The notes under the pieces: model-generated | The model's input: the letters and a program-made list of their open reading frames with translations, nothing else | Told to the model about the DNA's origin: nothing | The model's database searches: none | Made by a program: the position numbers and the translations under genes | Shown here: positions 23,822 to 34,999 of the stretch, one piece after another | Position numbering within the stretch: position 1 is the stretch's first letter | Layout of the letters: the number at the start of each line of letters is the position of its first letter | IMG/VR virus record: IMGVR_UViG_2939142107_000001 | Location: 26,843-90,842 of that record | Length of the DNA: 64,000 nucleotides | Strand: one strand, 5' to 3' | DNA from: a virus | Lineage: Duplodnaviria; Heunggongvirae; Uroviricota; Caudoviricetes

Positions 23822-24331
23822 TTAATTATGGTTAATCATATCTAACAGTATTTTTAGCTTCCTGCATGTGTTATCAATATCTTTACATAATATGACATCA
23901 AGGATGTTTGGTAGTCCTAATACCATATGAGAAATGAAACCCTCGCCAACTTGTAGATTATGGGTAGTCTCATCTGGATTCACGTATTCAATGGTTTTAG
24001 TTTTATTTATCCCATAATCTTTATAACAGATGATTACAGGAATGTTCTTCTGTTCAGCAATCTGCAACTCTATTCCTAGCCCTGTTGATGGAAAACTACA
24101 TTCTGCAATTATTACATCAGATTTCTCAACCATATCTCTGTCCCAAATGTAACAAAGTCTAGATTTGTTACTTTCAGGGCGCTTTGATAATTCTGGGTCA
24201 CTATTTATCAAAGCATATTTTACGTTGTTATTTTGAGATAGACCTTTTGCAAGGCTGTGAATCCAATTACTGTACTCATGGAAAATTTCCCTTGGAACAT
24301 GAGTTAAAGCGCATGCGATATATATATTCAT
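23822..24331 (-). CDS. Nucleoside 2-deoxyribosyltransferase-like (Rossmann/SLOG-type) protein, second gene of AT-rich two-gene module
   Basis: 169 aa; MNIYIACAL N-terminus and FPSTGLGIELQIAEQKNIPVI resembling the NDT catalytic D-x-G-T-x-x-E-x-G segment; start codon overlaps upstream stop (TAATG). Confidence 0.7.
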   Translation of the reverse strand: MNIYIACALTHVPREIFHEYSNWIHSLAKGLSQNNNVKYALINSDPELSKRPESNKSRLCYIWDRDMVEKSDVIIAECSFPSTGLGIELQIAEQKNIPVIICYKDYGINKTKTIEYVNPDETTHNLQVGEGFISHMVLGLPNILDVILCKDIDNTCRKLKILLDMINHN

Positions 24332-25371
24332 TAAGAAGCAGACCTTACGTTTGGGATAAGAAATTGGTGTCCAGTAATTTCAGATGAAATTGCATCTATA
24401 AACTGTGACGGAGATTGTTGAATAAATTCAGCAATAATCCAGTTTTCTTTTTCATTTAGTAACTGTCTTAGCTTAAGTGGGTCATACCGACATAGCTCAC
24501 TTAATCGATGCATAGCTGCTAGGGTTATAACCAATGGCGATATTGAAACAGAAGTATGCTCAGATTGATTGTTTTTACGTTTGAGATACCAAAGAGTCTC
24601 TGCGCCATTGATATAGTAAAGATCTCTTCTTATTTTTTGATGAAATTCAGTTAATTGCGGCATGTTGGACGATTGATTTTCATTAAAATCAAGTAATGAT
24701 TCTACTGATTTTATTTTGTACTTTTCTCTTTCAAACAATTCGAACGCTGGCGGTAGAATGTCGAAAACTGTGTCGAACCGAAAATCCTTGGATAAAATCG
24801 CAGTGAAAAACAGGCTATTGTCTGACTCATTCAAAACGAACTCAGCATCGATCAGTGGAATAAATATATCATCAGTTACATCATAAGTAAGGCAATATGT
24901 ACGATGAATATATGGCAATCCAGAAAAAAGGTTTTTTATATTGTACACCCCCTCATGAGAGGTGCCGTCAATATATTTTGAAAAAGACGGAAGTATACCC
25001 TCATTTTTTATTTTTACTTTTATATCAGATAAGTTATCAATTTGGGCTGTATTTTCACCCCTAGCAACACCATGATGCTGTTTGAAGTTTATATTGCGAG
25101 ATGAAAGTAACGCCTTTACTGCATTCATGAATGAATAATAGTGCAAAAGTGGGGCTGATTGGTTGGGTAAACCATTGGCCGCCTGATTAAATACTTTTGC
25201 TTGCTCCCAATAAAAAAGAGCCTCATCTTTTTCGTTTCGCTTTAACCAGAGTTCGACAAAATCCCAATGACTGTATGTAAGTACATTCCTTGCGGTTAGG
25301 TCAGGGTTTAATAATGCTTTATGAGGCTTCATGACCTTGTTCCTAATTTTCAGCGGCTTAATATTCATCAT
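24331..25371 (-). CDS. Hypothetical 346-aa protein, first gene of AT-rich two-gene module
   Basis: GGAGGA 9 nt upstream of ATG; AT-rich codon usage unlike neighbours; no catalytic motif recognised (N-terminal FYWEQA...LLHYYS...KALL pattern). Confidence 0.7.
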   Translation of the reverse strand: MMNIKPLKIRNKVMKPHKALLNPDLTARNVLTYSHWDFVELWLKRNEKDEALFYWEQAKVFNQAANGLPNQSAPLLHYYSFMNAVKALLSSRNINFKQHHGVARGENTAQIDNLSDIKVKIKNEGILPSFSKYIDGTSHEGVYNIKNLFSGLPYIHRTYCLTYDVTDDIFIPLIDAEFVLNESDNSLFFTAILSKDFRFDTVFDILPPAFELFEREKYKIKSVESLLDFNENQSSNMPQLTEFHQKIRRDLYYINGAETLWYLKRKNNQSEHTSVSISPLVITLAAMHRLSELCRYDPLKLRQLLNEKENWIIAEFIQQSPSQFIDAISSEITGHQFLIPNVRSAS

Positions 25372-25461
25372 TGTAATAATCCTCCACCCAAAGTTACTAG
25401 ATTGTAAAATATATATTTTTGTTCCACAACAAAAATCTCTATTGGCTACTGACGTAATTAA

Positions 25462-26103
25462 TTATAAATAGTTTTCTTTGCCGGTAAGTAAGCCTTGAGG
25501 AACTCGCTTGTCGGCTAGACATTGGGTTCCGCGAATTATGTTAATCAGAGGGCTTAGTAACGATGGTTCCTGGCGGGCCTCAACTTCTCCAGCCATTGCC
25601 CTGATGTAGTCGGCGCTTGCAACGTTGTTATATTCCGTTGCGAAGCAGCATAACAACGACAGAACGTGCTCTGTCGTTATTTCGCTCCAGTTGATGTTGA
25701 AAAATTCATCGCCTTTTTTGTCGTGTTCGGAATCGAAGATGCTTTGGTGGAGGATGTATTTGCCGGATTCTTTGCGCGGTAACTTGATCGCTTTCTGGCG
25801 TTCCAGCTCCTTGTAAATCTGCATTGCTTCAATTAGTACCGGCCTGCCGTTCATGAAGGGATCGCGCAACCTTACACGCTGGCCAACTCGACCCGTAATA
25901 AAGCTGTTTTCCTCTTCCACCAGCACGATAAAACCCTTTTCCTCTTTTTCTTGCAATTCGCGCAGCAGCTGGAGTTCCATATCGCGGCGGCGTTCAGGGT
26001 AGCTGGTCCGCTCAGCCATTATCAGCTCATTGTTGATCCATGCGGCAGTCATTGACGCCGGTTTGCCGACGCTCATCGAAACAACGCATATTTTCTTATC
26101 CAT
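25462..26103 (-). CDS. Hypothetical protein at the P1 mat position
   Basis: ATG at 26103 after AAGGGG; 213 aa; synteny only. Confidence 0.45.
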   Translation of the reverse strand: MDKKICVVSMSVGKPASMTAAWINNELIMAERTSYPERRRDMELQLLRELQEKEEKGFIVLVEEENSFITGRVGQRVRLRDPFMNGRPVLIEAMQIYKELERQKAIKLPRKESGKYILHQSIFDSEHDKKGDEFFNINWSEITTEHVLSLLCCFATEYNNVASADYIRAMAGEVEARQEPSLLSPLINIIRGTQCLADKRVPQGLLTGKENYL

Positions 26104-26292
26104 AGCGCCCCTTATAAAAAAGAAAAGCCACCAGCGGCGGCTTAGCAATACAACTGAAGGTAGCGCCCGGTACTCAGACTGTGCCGTCCATGGAATATTT
26201 GAAAAGGGATCCATCCGTACCGGGCATGTGATGATTCTGACTGAAGTCACTTGTCAGTTGTCAATTATTTCAGATTAAAAATAATATATTTA

Positions 26293-26853
26293 TTAGTGCA
26301 TGATGTTTGCCATCTCATAAGCGTCAGCCAGCAACTCCATCTCTGACTTGTTCAGCAAGGTGAATTCTTTCTTGCCTCCAACCACACCATCGGCATGAAC
26401 AGGGACCAGCCAGGGGTATTTTTCTCTTACTTCAGCCGGTGCTGCATGCTGGTGGTGCCATCTACAAAGTGGCAATTGCTTTTTGTGACAACCAGGCGCG
26501 GTACGACCGGAGATATGGTGCAGAGACACCTCTTCAGATATTACTCCATGCATATAGCAGGCAATGCAGGGGAGAGCACCAAGAGCATTGGCTATGCGCC
26601 GCTCCTCCGCCGTCGGTGTTCGTCCCTTCAAGCCACGAGATTTTATTTTTACCGCGCTTTTCCGCGTTTTGCTGGCTGGTGGGCGCTCTTTCTGTTTAGC
26701 GATACGGCGGTCGATAGTATTCCGCATTTTCTGATATTGAGATTCTCGCCAGGCCGGATCAGCCAACTTCTCCCGTTGCCGAGCGATCGCTCGTTCTCTG
26801 GCTGCCTTCTGCCACTTACGGTGCTGTTCAATTTTTTGTTCGATTGTTTTCAT
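26293..26853 (-). CDS. ref: Ref recombination enhancement function (HNH-type nuclease)
   Basis: 186 aa from MKTIEQKIEQHRKWQK; Cys/His cluster (CIACYMHG...HH...CRWHH); position cre-cra-ref. Confidence 0.85.
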   Translation of the reverse strand: MKTIEQKIEQHRKWQKAARERAIARQREKLADPAWRESQYQKMRNTIDRRIAKQKERPPASKTRKSAVKIKSRGLKGRTPTAEERRIANALGALPCIACYMHGVISEEVSLHHISGRTAPGCHKKQLPLCRWHHQHAAPAEVREKYPWLVPVHADGVVGGKKEFTLLNKSEMELLADAYEMANIMH

Positions 26854-26857
26854 ATGG

Positions 26858-26883
26858 CAAAAAAAAGGCGGCCTGATGGCCGC
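26858..26883 (-). terminator. Hairpin plus T8 run immediately upstream of ref start codon (terminator/attenuator-like)
   Basis: minus strand ggcggccatcaggccgcc followed by tttttttt, 4 nt before ATG. Confidence 0.4.
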
Positions 26884-26951
26884 CAATGATGTCAAGGAGT
26901 TAAGTAATGGCAACGTCTTCGTAGTTGACAAAAACTGCGGCTCAATTATAG

Positions 26952-26968
26952 CAATCAATTAGAGCAAT
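26952..26968. promoter_or_regulatory. C1-operator-like site upstream of ref
   Basis: caatcaATTAGAGCAAT (reverse orientation of ATTGCTCTAAT core). Confidence 0.6.
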
Positions 26969-27099
26969 GGTAGATATTTTGTTTATCGCGAATCACATTT
27001 TTTCACTTCAGTACCTGTGTGCTATACTCCTTCTTGATTGATTGGATGCGGAATACAAACCCGCTCTTTTGTGCAGCCTGGCTCCTTGCCAGGCTTTTT

Positions 27100-27411
27100 T
27101 TATTTCATCATGGAAGCTGTTAATGCTTTGGACCTTGCTGAACTGATTGAGAGGGCTTTGTCAACGTGCCCCAAAAATTCGCCAAACTCAGACATCACTT
27201 TAGCAAAACCGCGCCGTGCTTCTTCCTCGGTGGCATTCATCACGAAATGTTCAGCACTACGCATACTTCTGACAGGGAACGCAACGGATATTGAGTCAAT
27301 ATCAGGCATTCTATCGCTCAGCTTTACAGTGACAATGACGGCTGGCGACTGAATATTAGTGCTCACTGACAGCACTACATATTTTCCGTCGATGTTGAAA
27401 TTCTTTCTCAT
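27100..27411 (-). CDS. cra: Cra-like protein (cre-associated position)
   Basis: 103-aa ORF immediately downstream of cre; synteny only. Confidence 0.4.
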   Translation of the reverse strand: MRKNFNIDGKYVVLSVSTNIQSPAVIVTVKLSDRMPDIDSISVAFPVRSMRSAEHFVMNATEEEARRGFAKVMSEFGEFLGHVDKALSISSARSKALTASMMK

Positions 27412-27427
27412 ATGTCGCCATAAATAT

Positions 27428-27444
27428 CAAAGAATTAGAGCAAT
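27428..27444. promoter_or_regulatory. C1-operator-like site between cre and cra
   Basis: agaATTAGAGCAATcat. Confidence 0.5.
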
Positions 27445-27461
27445 CATTTACGCGTTAATGG

Positions 27462-28493
27462 CTAATCGCCATCTTCCAGCAGGCGCACCATTGCCCCTGT
27501 TTCACTATCCAGGTTACGGATATAGTTCATGACAATATTTACGTTGGTCCAGCCACCAGCTTGCATGATCTCCGGTATTGAAACTCCGGCGCGGGCCATA
27601 TCTCGCGCGGCTCCGACACGGGCACTGTGTCCAGACCAGGCCAGGTACCTCTGACCAGAGTCATCCTTAGCCCCGTAAATCAATCGGTGAGTTGCTTCAA
27701 AAATCCCTTCCAGGGCGCGAGTTGATAGCTGGCTGGTGGATGATGGCGAGGCAACACCATTTTTTCTGACCCGGCAAAACAAGTAGTTATTCGGATCATC
27801 AGCCACACCAGAGACGGAAATCCATCGCTCGACCAGTTTAGTTACCCCCAGGCTAAGTGCCTTCTCTACACCTGCGGTGCTAACCAGCGTTTTCGTTCTG
27901 CCAATATGGATTAACATTCTCCCACCGTCAGTACGTGAGATATCTTTAACCCTGATCCTGGCAATTTCGGCTATACGTAACAGGGTGTTATAAGCAATCC
28001 CCAGAAATGCCAGATTACGTATATCCTGGCAGCGATCGCTATTTTCTATGAGTGAACGAACCTGGTCGAAATCAGTGCGTTCGAACGCCAGTGCCTGTTT
28101 TGCACGTTCACCGGCATCAACGTTTTCTTTTCGGATCCGCCGCATGACCAGTGAAACAGCATTGCTGTCACTTGGTCGTGGCAGCCCGGACCGACGATGA
28201 AGCATGTTTAGCTGGCCCAAATGTTGCTGGATAGTTTTTACTGCCAGACCGCGCGCCTGAAGATATAGAAGATAATCGCGAACATCTTCAGGTTCTGCGG
28301 GAAACCATTTCCGGTTATTCAACTTGCACCATGCCGCCCACGACCGGCAAACGGACAGAAGCATTTTCCAGGTATGCTCAGAAAACGCCTGGCGATCCCT
28401 GAACATGTCCATCAGGTTCTTGCGAACCTCATCACTCGTTGCATCGACCGGTAATGCAGGCAAATTTTGGTGTACGGTCAGTAAATTGGACAT
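27462..28493 (-). CDS. cre: Cre site-specific tyrosine recombinase
   Basis: 343 aa beginning MSNLLTVHQNLPALPVDATSDEVRKNLMDMFRDRQAFSEHTWKMLLSVCRSWAAWCKLNNRKWFPAEPEDVRDYLLYLQARGLAVKTIQQHLGQLNMLHRRSGLPRPSDSNAVSLVMRRIRKENVDAGERAKQALAFERTDFDQVRSL..., recognised as Cre. Confidence 0.98.
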   Translation of the reverse strand: MSNLLTVHQNLPALPVDATSDEVRKNLMDMFRDRQAFSEHTWKMLLSVCRSWAAWCKLNNRKWFPAEPEDVRDYLLYLQARGLAVKTIQQHLGQLNMLHRRSGLPRPSDSNAVSLVMRRIRKENVDAGERAKQALAFERTDFDQVRSLIENSDRCQDIRNLAFLGIAYNTLLRIAEIARIRVKDISRTDGGRMLIHIGRTKTLVSTAGVEKALSLGVTKLVERWISVSGVADDPNNYLFCRVRKNGVASPSSTSQLSTRALEGIFEATHRLIYGAKDDSGQRYLAWSGHSARVGAARDMARAGVSIPEIMQAGGWTNVNIVMNYIRNLDSETGAMVRLLEDGD

Positions 28494-28902
28494 TTAACAC
28501 TCAGATAATGGTTTTAAGTAAAGTGTACAGGATCGGCTCTGCCTTTACCTGTTTATGGTTCTCGTCATAGAAACGCCAGCGACCGCGCGTGCGTTCTATT
28601 TTCTCTTCACCGCGCGATAATGACAGTTGACAACTATCACGATCAAACCCTTTTGCCCGCCAGTAACCACGGTTTTTCTCAAGCTCAAGATGAGTGGACA
28701 CTTTAGCAGCTGAATATCCCATTTTTCACCTCTGATTGATTGGTGGTGCTAAGTGCGCTACGCGAAATCTGGAGCACTAACACTGCCAACATTTCGCAGA
28801 TTTTACGTAGCGCAACCTTGATCAAATGATCACTATTTGACCTGTAAGGTATTGAACTGTATGGATTTACAGGTAAATTGATCATGTTCAATAACCCTTT
28901 AG

Positions 28903-28936
28903 ATAACTTCGTATAATGTATGCTATACGAAGTTAT
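28903..28936. other. loxP: loxP recombination site
   Basis: exact ATAACTTCGTATA-ATGTATGC-TATACGAAGTTAT, about 410 bp upstream of cre start. Confidence 0.98.
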
Positions 28937-28979
28937 TAGGTCTGAAGAGGAGTTTACGTCCAGCTGCGCATAAAAATCA

Positions 28980-29079
28980 ATAATTATTAGAGCAATAAAT
29001 TTTGAGAGAAAAATCCCACTCCACCAGCCAAAAACTGGATTGTTTTTCATAGTTGTTTGACAATTGCTCTAATAAATTA
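28980..29079. promoter_or_regulatory. Pair of C1 operators next to loxP (Op99-type)
   Basis: 28980..28996 ataattATTAGAGCAAT (reverse) and 29063..29079 ATTGCTCTAATAAATTA (forward, 16/17 to consensus as recalled). Confidence 0.7.
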
Positions 29080-29238
29080 TAGTTTTGCCGCCGTTTCGTA
29101 ATACGACTTTGGATTCACTATTTAATGTGTCTTCAGCGTTGTAGAGCGGCTCAGAAGGAAATGAGCAAACAGGGAAACCTTATACAACGGCATTACAGCT
29201 ATGCATTGCTCATCTTACACACAGCGCAATGTTGTTAG

Positions 29239-30433
<1,195 letters not shown>

Positions 30434-30516
30434 TTAGATTACCCCAGCATGGATCATGGGTGAAACAGTAGGTCAGAGCTTCAGGCTCTGTGTTGTCAAT
30501 ACAGTGAGGCATAATT

Positions 30517-30726
30517 ATGGCTTTCATTCCACCAACCATCGACGACGTTAGACATTGCTCTAACGCTTTATCTGTAGACCCCGCCGAAACCGACGCTGCC
30601 CGCGCCATTGCTGAACACTACTCAAAGATATCCAATCAGGAGTACCGCATCACCCAAGACGACCTGGATGATCTCACTGACACAATCGAATATCTCATGG
30701 CCACTAACCAGCCAGACTCACAATAA
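30517..30726 (+). CDS. coi: Coi, C1 inactivator
   Basis: 69-aa ORF immediately upstream of c1, same strand; size and position as in P1. Confidence 0.75.
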   Translation: MAFIPPTIDDVRHCSNALSVDPAETDAARAIAEHYSKISNQEYRITQDDLDDLTDTIEYLMATNQPDSQ

Positions 30727-30742
30727 ATGCACTAATAAATCT
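30726..30742. promoter_or_regulatory. C1-operator-like site between coi and c1
   Basis: AATGCACTAATAAATCT; followed by TATAAT hexamer at 30764..30769. Confidence 0.5.
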
Positions 30743-30836
30743 ATTATTTTCGTTGGATCCTTCTATAATGGTGGCCAACAACTCCCAGTGTAATCCGCTG
30801 TGAGTTGTTGGCCATGTCAATTCTGGAGGAGGATCA

Positions 30837-31688
30837 ATGATAAATTATGTCTACGGCGAACAACTGTACCAGGAGTTCGTCAGCTTCAGGGATCTCTTTC
30901 TAAAAAAAGCTGTTGCACGCGCCCAACACGTTGATGCCGCCAGCGACGGTCGTCCTGTTCGCCCGGTTGTCGTTCTGCCGTTCAAAGAAACGGACAGCAT
31001 TCAGGCTGAAATTGATAAATGGACTTTAATGGCGCGGGAACTGGAACAGTACCCAGACCTCAATATCCCAAAGACTATTTTATATCCAGTGCCTAACATC
31101 CTTCGCGGTGTGCGTAAGGTTACTACTTATCAGACAGAAGCTGTGAACAGCGTCAACATGACCGCTGGCCGCATTATTCATCTGATTGATAAGGACATTC
31201 GCATCCAGAAAAGCGCGGGGATCAATGAGCACAGTGCGAAATACATAGAGAACCTGGAAGCAACAAAAGAGCTAATGAAGCAGTACCCGGAGGATGAAAA
31301 ATTCCGTATGCGTGTACACGGCTTTAGCGAAACAATGCTGCGCGTCCATTACATTTCCAGTAGCCCTAACTACAATGATGGTAAATCAGTTAGTTACCAT
31401 GTGCCGCTGTGTGGTGTGTTTATCTGCGATGAAACTCTCCGTGATGGAATCATCATCAACGGTGAATTCGAGAAAGCAAAATTTAGCCTTTATGACTCTA
31501 TAGAACCGATCATCTGCGACCGCTGGCCGCAGGCAAAAATATATCGCCTGGCAGATATTGAAAATGTAAAAAAACAAATTGCCATCACTCGCGAAGAGAA
31601 AAAGGTCAAATCAGCCGCATCAGTTACGCGCAGCCGTAAAACTAAGAAGGGGCAGCCAGTAAACAGCAACCCCGAAAGCGCGCAATAG
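30837..31688 (+). CDS. c1: C1 repressor of lysogeny
   Basis: 283 aa beginning MINYVYGEQLYQEFVSFRDLFLKKAVARAQHVDAASDGRPVRPVVVLPFKETDSIQAEIDKWTLMARELEQYPDLNIPKTILYPVPNILRGVRK, recognised as P1 C1. Confidence 0.95.
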   Translation: MINYVYGEQLYQEFVSFRDLFLKKAVARAQHVDAASDGRPVRPVVVLPFKETDSIQAEIDKWTLMARELEQYPDLNIPKTILYPVPNILRGVRKVTTYQTEAVNSVNMTAGRIIHLIDKDIRIQKSAGINEHSAKYIENLEATKELMKQYPEDEKFRMRVHGFSETMLRVHYISSSPNYNDGKSVSYHVPLCGVFICDETLRDGIIINGEFEKAKFSLYDSIEPIICDRWPQAKIYRLADIENVKKQIAITREEKKVKSAASVTRSRKTKKGQPVNSNPESAQ

Positions 31689-31713
31689 TTTTCCATCCGG
31701 CATGGTCAAATTG

Positions 31714-33198
31714 TTATTCATTAAGCCATGCCAGAGCTTCATCAACCTGCGCTTCGTCTTCGACGCTAAGCACTTCATCTTGGGGAACATAGTTCGCCAA
31801 CATAGCGAAACAATATGTATCCCAATGGTCCGGTGAGTGCAGGTTGAGTTTTTTCTTCATATCTTCCTTTGACATCACCTTCCATTGACCTGCGGAATTT
31901 ATCCCTACCGGTATCTTTGATGCTTCCTCTATAGTCGCAGCCCCCTTATCAAGCCTCATACGCCCTGATTTTACAGCTTCTGCCGCCTGAATATTCGCGA
32001 AAGCGCGCATATCGAAATAAAGGCTTTTATCTTCACGGCTGTGCATCTTTTTACCCCAGCGGATACGCTGGACGGTAATGCCATAGCGTTCGTACATTAG
32101 ATCAGCCGTCGATTTCCCCAAGCCATCGCCATCAATAGCTATGGTTATGTTCGGGAACCGTTCTGGGTTACATTCTGCGAAAATCTTGGCGGCTAACTGC
32201 GTTTCTGTAACGTCTGTGTATTCCAGCATACGATAGTTGATTACACGGCGTTTATTTCGCTGGCCGGACACCATCATGATATTAATAACGGACTTATCTC
32301 GTCCTGTGCCACCAGCAACGTCAACACATGCAACCCAGCCCCATCCTTTGGCAATCTTGACCTTTCGCCGCGTCGCCCGCTCAACCTCATCACGACCAAG
32401 AAGAAAGCCATCTTGAGATTTGGGAAATTCACCACGTACTTTGATCATGTACATGGGGTTATCACGACCGCCATACTCCGCAAGTTTTGCTCGTATAAAT
32501 TTTGCATCTACAAGCGGAGATTCTTCACTATTCAGTATTATCGCAGTAAACAATCCATCAGGATTTCCCGGGCGAATAGCTAGTCTGTGGTGTGAATCGT
32601 AGAAATAGCCTGAAGGTCGCGTAGGCTGGGAAAGAAGCAGAATACGGTTATCCTTACCGGTCAGCGCACCTGTTATCACACTGAATGCTTTATCACTCAC
32701 ACCCGACGCTTCGTCGATGATATACAAGAGATGATCGGCGTGTTCACCAGCCAACGCCTCCTCATTTCCGGGGCGACAGGACTTTATCAATATTGTCCAA
32801 ACACCCTTGCCAGTCACCTCAAAAAAAGACGTTTCTGTAAGAATGAAATACTTCGACAACCACGGGAATCTGCTAACAGCAGTAGCCCAATTGCTCTTTA
32901 TGTATTTGAAAATACCATCAAGGACTTGCTGTCTTTTGTTAGCGACCAGAATGACGCGAGCGCCGGGGAAAAACATGATGAAGAGTATTGCAATGATACT
33001 CGTCATATCCGATTTACCAGTACCATGGCCGGAGGTCACACTTGTCCAACTGCCGTCCTGCTGCGTGGACTCAATGATCTCATCCTGCTGCCAGGTTGGT
33101 GTCTTCCCAAACAACACATCAGCGGCCGCAATCCAGTCATAACGATATAGCGCCACCAGCTCGCGCCAACGTGGGTCCGTTACGCAACTTCTGGCCAT
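31714..33198 (-). CDS. pacB: Terminase large subunit PacB
   Basis: 494 aa; ATPase Walker A-like GHGTGKSD and Walker B region [11 protein letters not shown]; follows pacA with ATGA overlap. Confidence 0.9.
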
Positions 33199-34391
33199 TA
33201 ATCATCATCCCCGTACAGTTTGCGGGTAACTTCTTCGTCTTCCTCCTCGTCTTCGTCCAGATCCTGTTCAAGCCATGCTTCGTTTGATATGCCTTCCGCA
33301 TCGACATCACCATAACCACCTGTATCGACGATATCGGCAATTTCTTCTCTACGATGCTCAATCCACAATGCCGCATCAGCGCGGCGGCTGGCGGCCCGTT
33401 CTCGCGCGATTTTATCCAGATCTTCAAGTGATGGAGCGCCAGATGCTGTTTGGTTTTCCTCATCATCGGTATTGGTCTTAGGAGCACGCAGATCGGCTTT
33501 GATTTGCTCCAGCATCAGGGGCGGCACTTTTCCTCCATGCGCCTCGATGAATTCAGCCGCTTCCAGCACTGACCAGTTATTTTCACGCTTTCGTTCGTAT
33601 GCCAGCTTAACAATGCCAGCTTGCCCCATAGATAAAGCGTGCTTTTCCGCCTCCCGGCTTTCTTTTCGATAGTTATTCCGGATGCTGTAAATGGTGTTGA
33701 TCAGGCTGCTTATCTGCGCGGAACAGCTGTTTAGCATGCTCGCGATACGGTATTCAGGCGGAGTACCTTCATCATCGTCTTTTTGCTGATCGCGCATTTC
33801 CTGCACTAGGCGAATACACGTATCCCTGGCGTTCTCCAGCATAAGGAGATGAGAAAGAGACTTTTCCAGAAGAGTGGTTTCCAGAACATCGGCCCCGGAC
33901 CGACGCAACATAGCGCGCGCGGCCTTCCGCGCTTCAACGTTATCTATCAGGTAATCGCCAGCTTCGAATTCAAAGCGTTCACCATCATCATCCAGGGTGT
34001 CGCGTTCCAGGCGATCACGTAAGGTCCGGTGGGCGCGGGTGATCACGTCATGATCATCTGAACGATCATTTATGCGCTTATTTTGGCGCTTCGCATTCTC
34101 GACTGCGGCACTGACAACGGCATTAACTCTTTGTTTTTCCGCTATTTCAGCCGAAATGTGATCACCTGCATGTTGATCATTAGAGTGATCAATGATCATG
34201 CTTTTTAGTGGCTTCCTGACTGGCTTATTTGGCTTGCGGCTGTCCGTAGTCCTGGTGTCTTCTTTGAAGGCACGGAGATAACGACGTGCGGTATTAGGGT
34301 TAAGATTAAACTCGGCGGCATACTGTGCGATGGTGTAACCACCATCTCGCGCCAGGCGAGCAAAATTCTTCTTGTGATCGTCCCAGGTCAC
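33198..34391 (-). CDS. pacA: Terminase small subunit PacA (contains pac site)
   Basis: 397 aa, N-terminal HTH-like region, acidic C-terminus; GATC-hexamer pac cluster inside 5' coding region. Confidence 0.9.
34040..34200. other. pac: pac packaging site: seven TGATCA(N) hexanucleotide elements in two clusters (3 + 4)
   Basis: tgatcacgtcatgatcatctgaacgatca at 34040..34068 and tgatcacctgcatgttgatcattagagtgatcaatgatca at 34159..34198. Confidence 0.8.
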
Positions 34392-34476
34392 TTATGCTTC
34401 CTTTCGTAAAAACTCTTTTTGACGCGAGGGTAACGAAAGTCACATGTCAAAAGGCCCGGAACGGGCAAGCAATCAA

Positions 34477-34929
34477 TCAGATACGTGCGGATGTGGCATT
34501 ACCGTAATGACGGTGCTGACGGGCCACCTTATTGAAAAGTTGACGCGCCATTACCCAAGGCTGGTGCTCCCGGCGTTCCTTTTCGTCCTGCGTCATATAG
34601 AGTTCGTTCTGGAGTTTTTCATCAAACCGGCGCGGAGCGCGGCTACGGCGAAAGAATTCAGGATTCAGAGAGTGGATCTGAAATCTACGTGGGCGTGTAC
34701 TGTCATCTATCAAAACAGACGAATACTTAGACACAGCGATAGCCTTTAAGCGCAGATAAACATCGCGCTTATCGACATCCAGATGCGGGTATTCCTTTTC
34801 AAGAATTGCTGCGAGTTCTTTCGCTGATAGAAGAGATTTAGTGCGGATCATGTAATCCGCAATCTCGTACGATGTTATTCGTGAGTGATTTATTTCCATG
34901 AAGTGGCGTCCCTGCCAGTTAAGTAACAT
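34477..34929 (-). CDS. lpa: Lpa-like late promoter activator (by position)
   Basis: 150-aa ORF upstream of pacA, AGGTGA before ATG 34929, C1-operator-like site just upstream; synteny only. Confidence 0.45.
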   Translation of the reverse strand: MLLNWQGRHFMEINHSRITSYEIADYMIRTKSLLSAKELAAILEKEYPHLDVDKRDVYLRLKAIAVSKYSSVLIDDSTRPRRFQIHSLNPEFFRRSRAPRRFDEKLQNELYMTQDEKERREHQPWVMARQLFNKVARQHRHYGNATSARI

Positions 34930-34999
34930 CCTGTCACCTACTGATTAGCCCATGTCAACTAATCAACGTGGAATATAATACCCTAGATTAAAGAAATAG

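Noticed and set aside
23764-26292. Looked for type III restriction-modification genes (res ~970 aa, mod ~650 aa) expected here in P1
   Set aside because: No ORF of that size or with SF2 helicase / N6-MTase motifs is present; the interval holds the two-gene AT-rich module instead.
28501-28722. 73-aa ORF between loxP and cre
   Set aside because: Sits in the cre promoter/leader region, has no convincing SD, and I recall no gene there in P1; likely non-coding.
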